Shown: piece after piece, positions 59,901 to 64,000 of the stretch
Layout of the letters: each line of letters begins with the position of its first letter
Position numbering within the stretch: the stretch's first letter is position 1
Assembly: GCA_052426225.1 (NCBI GenBank)
Contig: JBNJNM010000009.1
Span: 372,001-436,000 of the forward strand
Direction of reading: 5' to 3'
Source of the DNA: Zancudomyces culisetae HAW-14-8
Lineage: Eukaryota > Fungi > Kickxellomycota
DNA length: 64,000 nt
Program-made: the position numbers and the translations under genes
Notes under the pieces: model-generated
What the model saw: only the letters and a program-made list of their open reading frames with translations
Database searches by the model: none
What the model was told of the DNA's origin: nothing

Positions 59901-62900
59901 TACCGAGTTGAACATCTCTACATTGTGACGAGTTTCCATAACTCTTTGTGGAGTTTGTGGAGTTTGTAAAGTTTTTGTAGTGAATTTAGCTTCAATTTCA
60001 CTGCTTGATAATAATAGCCCAGTTATTGCAACTATTAAATCACTTTGGATTATATTTGGTAGTATTAACCGTTGGGTATTTTTGTTTGTTTGTAGCAGGT
60101 TGCAGCTAAATTGTTTGTAGTATTCACTAGTTGATCCAAAATAATACATTATATAAACCCACAACCTGAATATTAGAGTTAAAAAGACTCTTTCATTTTT
60201 ACTTGACTTTATAATGTTGTTGATATTATTGTTATTACTATTGTTGTTGGTAAGAGTTGATATCAGATACTCGAGTATGCAAGATATATTTCTAACTTTG
60301 GTGGTATCACCAATATGATGATAACGAAATAGAGTTTCTATTATATTTGGAATTTCATCAACCAATTCGATTAAACACAACTCACAACTCGCTTTATCAT
60401 ATTCATCATTACCATTACCATTACCATTACCATTAATATTGTCAAGTGTCAAGGCAAATTTATAAAGTTTTAGAACACTGGTATTTGTAGTATTGGAATT
60501 ATTGGCTTGTAAAACATCGATTCCATATAACAACACTTCAAAATCATATTTGGATAGTGTATTATTGTCGAGCAAGTGATCGATAATAATTGAATTACCC
60601 ATCAATAATTCATAAAAGTCAAGACCACTACTATTACTATTACTACCTCCATTACTGCTGTTGAATTTGAATTTGGATTTGGATTTGGATTTGGATTTGG
60701 ATTTGGATTTGGATTCAGATAAAAAGTTTATAATGGAATATCGAACCATTTCTGAATATTTGCAATCAACCAAAATCTCCATCAAAATAAGATATGGATT
60801 AATATTGAGTTTATCGAGTTTTGCCACTAGTGAATGGTTTTGGTATACTGATAGTGTTATAAGAATTGGAATTAACCCATCAACCATCAACTCGTTCCCG
60901 CATTCATACATAAACGTGCTTTTGTTGTAAAATAAACTAAGCAAGTACCCAATTAACTTGATTTCCATTTCAGTACTATCATCCTCACGATTTTCATTTC
61001 GATTTCGATTTCGAGTTAAATTTAAATTGGTTGTTCGTAGTAAACTTTCAAAGCCTTGATAAATATTTACTAGCAATTTGTAACTCAAGCCACTACCAAG
61101 AGTAGATAATAACTGTCCATACTTTGATACAATGTTGTCTTTCACGTTTACTAGCGTATTGAGGTTTGTCAATTGTCTGAAATCCACTTGAATACTATTT
61201 CTGTCTTTGTTTTTAGTAAAGAATTCAAAATCGTCGAGTATAAATGTTGGTTTTGATAAATTGACAATTTCATTTATTATAGTCTCAATACGTCTTGTAT
61301 TACTTGTATTACTACTACTATTAGTACTGGTATTAGTACCTGTATTAGTACCTGTATTAGTACTGGTAGTAAGAGTAAGAGAAAGAGAAAGAGAAGAGGC
61401 ATTGGAATTTAACTGCAATATATCGATAACAAGATGCCGAATATTTTCTATAAATAACTCGGTAATATCCAACCGGTTAGCAGAACGATACGACATGTTT
61501 TCTCCATAAATATCCTGGTTTGAGAAAGGGTTTGGTAAGCCAAATAAATTGGTGATAAAACTGGTTCTTTTATCGATGGTAGATAATTTGGATTGAAACT
61601 TGGCTACAACCAACTTGTACAATACATTGTTGTTGTTGTTGTTGTTGTTGGAGATTATTTCAACAATTTGGTACAAATAAAATCCCAAATCAATTCCATC
61701 TCTATCAATCTCATTATGATTATGATTATGATTATGATTATGATTGTTTGGTAAAATATTTTCTACCAGGTTTTCCACAACTAGTGTTAATAATTCTTTA
61801 TATTCCGTGTTGTTTTCGTATATTTCAAGGATATCAATATTACAAAACTCTTTTACACTCGAAATCAGCCACAGTAATACCAAATTCGTAAATGCATCAG
61901 TTGTCTTTCCACCCTCTTCCAATCCACCAACACTACCAGCATTTCTGTTGTTTTCAGAGCTTTTCAGTCGAGTCTGATCAAGAATTACATTTACTAAAAG
62001 CATCAATTGCTGTGGATCAATAAACACCTTGTCAGTATCTCGAAGTACGTTGTATATTCTAGTTGTGGTATGTAATGGAACCATATCTTTACGAGCTATA
62101 CCAAACCCTAGCCCTAACCCAAAACCAAAAAAAAAGTCATCATCATTATTACTCTTCTTTTTGTCAAACTTGTAATAATCCGACCATCCAATCGTCGTAC
62201 TCGATGATATATACTTGCCCTCAACACCACATTTATTATTTCTGGTAATTGTATCATTATTGTCAATTCCAAAACAATATCTTATACATTTAAGCATTTC
62301 CATGCTGCGAATTATAACGGTATCTTTACAACTCGAATCAAACAACGTATCCACCATATATCCAAGGTACCGAGCCAAGACCTCAAGTGTATCTTGTTTG
62401 CATCTTTCCTGACGTTTATTCTGATTTTGATTTTGATTTTGATTTTGATTTTGATTTTGATTTTGATTTTGATTTTGATTCTGCTGTTGCATTATAATAT
62501 CCTTGCAAATGGAACTGGTATTATGATTATTCTGAAATGTCAATGTTACAAGTAGTGATAGTGTTGGTAAATGATGTGAACTGCTAATTCTTCCTATTCC
62601 AGATACATCCTGTCCCGATATTTCGGTGCTTGCAAGTAGCTTTTCCTTTTCCAGAATAATATTGTATATCGTTGATTTGTAGCTGTCTGTATCTATATTC
62701 CGCGTGTATTTCTGTTGGTTGGTATCCTTGGTCAAAAATAATAGCAGGTAATTAACTATATATATTGAATTTGAACCATGTAGAGTAGTCATGTTCTTGA
62801 TAGCATAGTCCAGAACCATTATACAAACCTTTGAACTATTATTATTATTATTATTATTATTATCATTGATAAAGTAATTTGTATATATTATTATCAACAA

Positions 62901-64000
62901 TAATACCAACACATTTTCCCATTTTTTAATCCGATTGCTATATTTGCTACTCATAATGCTAGCCGGCTGAGTCTGGCTAGTTATTTTCGTTAATATCCCA
63001 ACACAACCTTCTGCGCTCAATAAATATAGCCTGTCATTCACACTGCCTGCCACAACTGCCCACAAATGTACTGTTTTCAACAACACTACCGCCAATGTTT
63101 GAACACTAACCAGTCTCCGTTTGATCTGTTCGGTATCAAAACCATTGGTATCGACTATCTCTCCAATCAGCTCTTGTAAACAGCTTGGTTCATCTTGCTC
63201 TTGCCCGTCATTGCCCCGCCTGAAGGTATTTTGATCTTTATTATGCTTGTTGGTTTGTTGATGTAATTGTAGTTTTAATTGTAATTGTTGTTGTGTTTTA
63301 TAATTTAGTATTACAATATCGCTTGCAATTTCCAAATACAACCACTCAAAGACTGTATTGTTCAGAACGATAACATCACCACTGCTCTCAATCATTATAT
63401 ATTTCAACACGTTGTCCCATACATTGCCACCCACCAGTCTCGCCAATCCCAATGTCATTTGTTCATAGCTATGTGAAGGATTAAATAGTTCGTACACAAA
63501 CACTTCATTGATTTTCTCAAAACTTGTCGTTTCTCCAAACATCGAATGATCCAAATTAACGAGTCTATTTACCAATGCCTTGTTTTCAAGAATCTCACGC
63601 TCCAAAACTATTTCATAATCCTTTTCTTCCTCACTTTTAACAGCCGGGCTACCACAAAACAATGTCGGAATTGTTGGTCCCTTGAGCCACCGTCCATATA
63701 TATACGCCAATTTTAAACTCATCAACTGAATGTCCATGTTATACGAACTGGAATACTTCATTATTGTATGCTTAATCCCTTTTGATACAAGTTTTAAAAG
63801 CTTTGTTCTGTTTTTTCTAGTCTCCTTCAACTTCATTATTGAACTATAAAACACTTTTAAAATATTTAATTGTACTGCTCCTTCACGTCGACCCCCAAAA
63901 CTACCAAAACTACCACCACCACCATTGCCTCCAATACTACTACCTCCAATACCAACTCCAACTCCAACACTACCTCTCCCTTCACTCCCACTTTTACTAA
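53100..64000 (-). CDS. TEL1: PIKK kinase Tel1/ATM (5' end beyond window)
   Basis: Motifs AGGINLPK, KGKDDIRQDAVIEQVF, LGIGDRHCQNIL, IDLGIAF and PELVPFRLTR, with FATC ATDPARLCRMFVGWQSWL. The frame stays open upstream of 63854 to the window end. Confidence 0.9.
62421..62480. repeat. (TGATTT)n microsatellite encoding a QN repeat in Tel1
   Basis: Direct tandem hexamers; one of many such coding microsatellites in this gene. Confidence 0.9.

Overview
AT-rich eukaryotic DNA with short GT-AG introns. The gene set is fungal, and the divergence suggests an early-diverging lineage (inference). From left to right the window holds: the 3' end of a HAL/NPR-type Ser/Thr kinase, a secreted Thr-rich protein, a Kex1-like S10 carboxypeptidase, a 3-hydroxyisobutyryl-CoA hydrolase, a WDR55/Jip5 WD40 protein, HIS3, a dicistronic tRNA-Glu/initiator tRNA-Met pair, an 8-exon Gvp36-like BAR protein, a synaptojanin-like phosphatase, prefoldin 5, a bacterial/plant-type isopropylmalate synthase, an Rpd3-like HDAC, a CHY/RING protein, a GPI-anchored protein, a 6-exon cyanase absent from the ORF track, thymidylate synthase, MCM5, and a very long microsatellite-inflated Tel1/ATM that runs off the window. 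The standout is ~35.4-48.5 kb, a head-to-tail array of three ~3.6-kb units. Each unit encodes a 520-540 aa protein with an N-terminal (CxxC)n motif, an NLS-like segment and a C-terminal PD-(D/E)XK nuclease-like domain. The spacers are nearly identical, whereas the coding regions are strongly diverged and mosaic. The middle unit has captured a decayed acyl-CoA oxidase gene. This looks like a diversifying nuclease effector/toxin or selfish-element array. All splice models were assembled by eye; no database searches were run.
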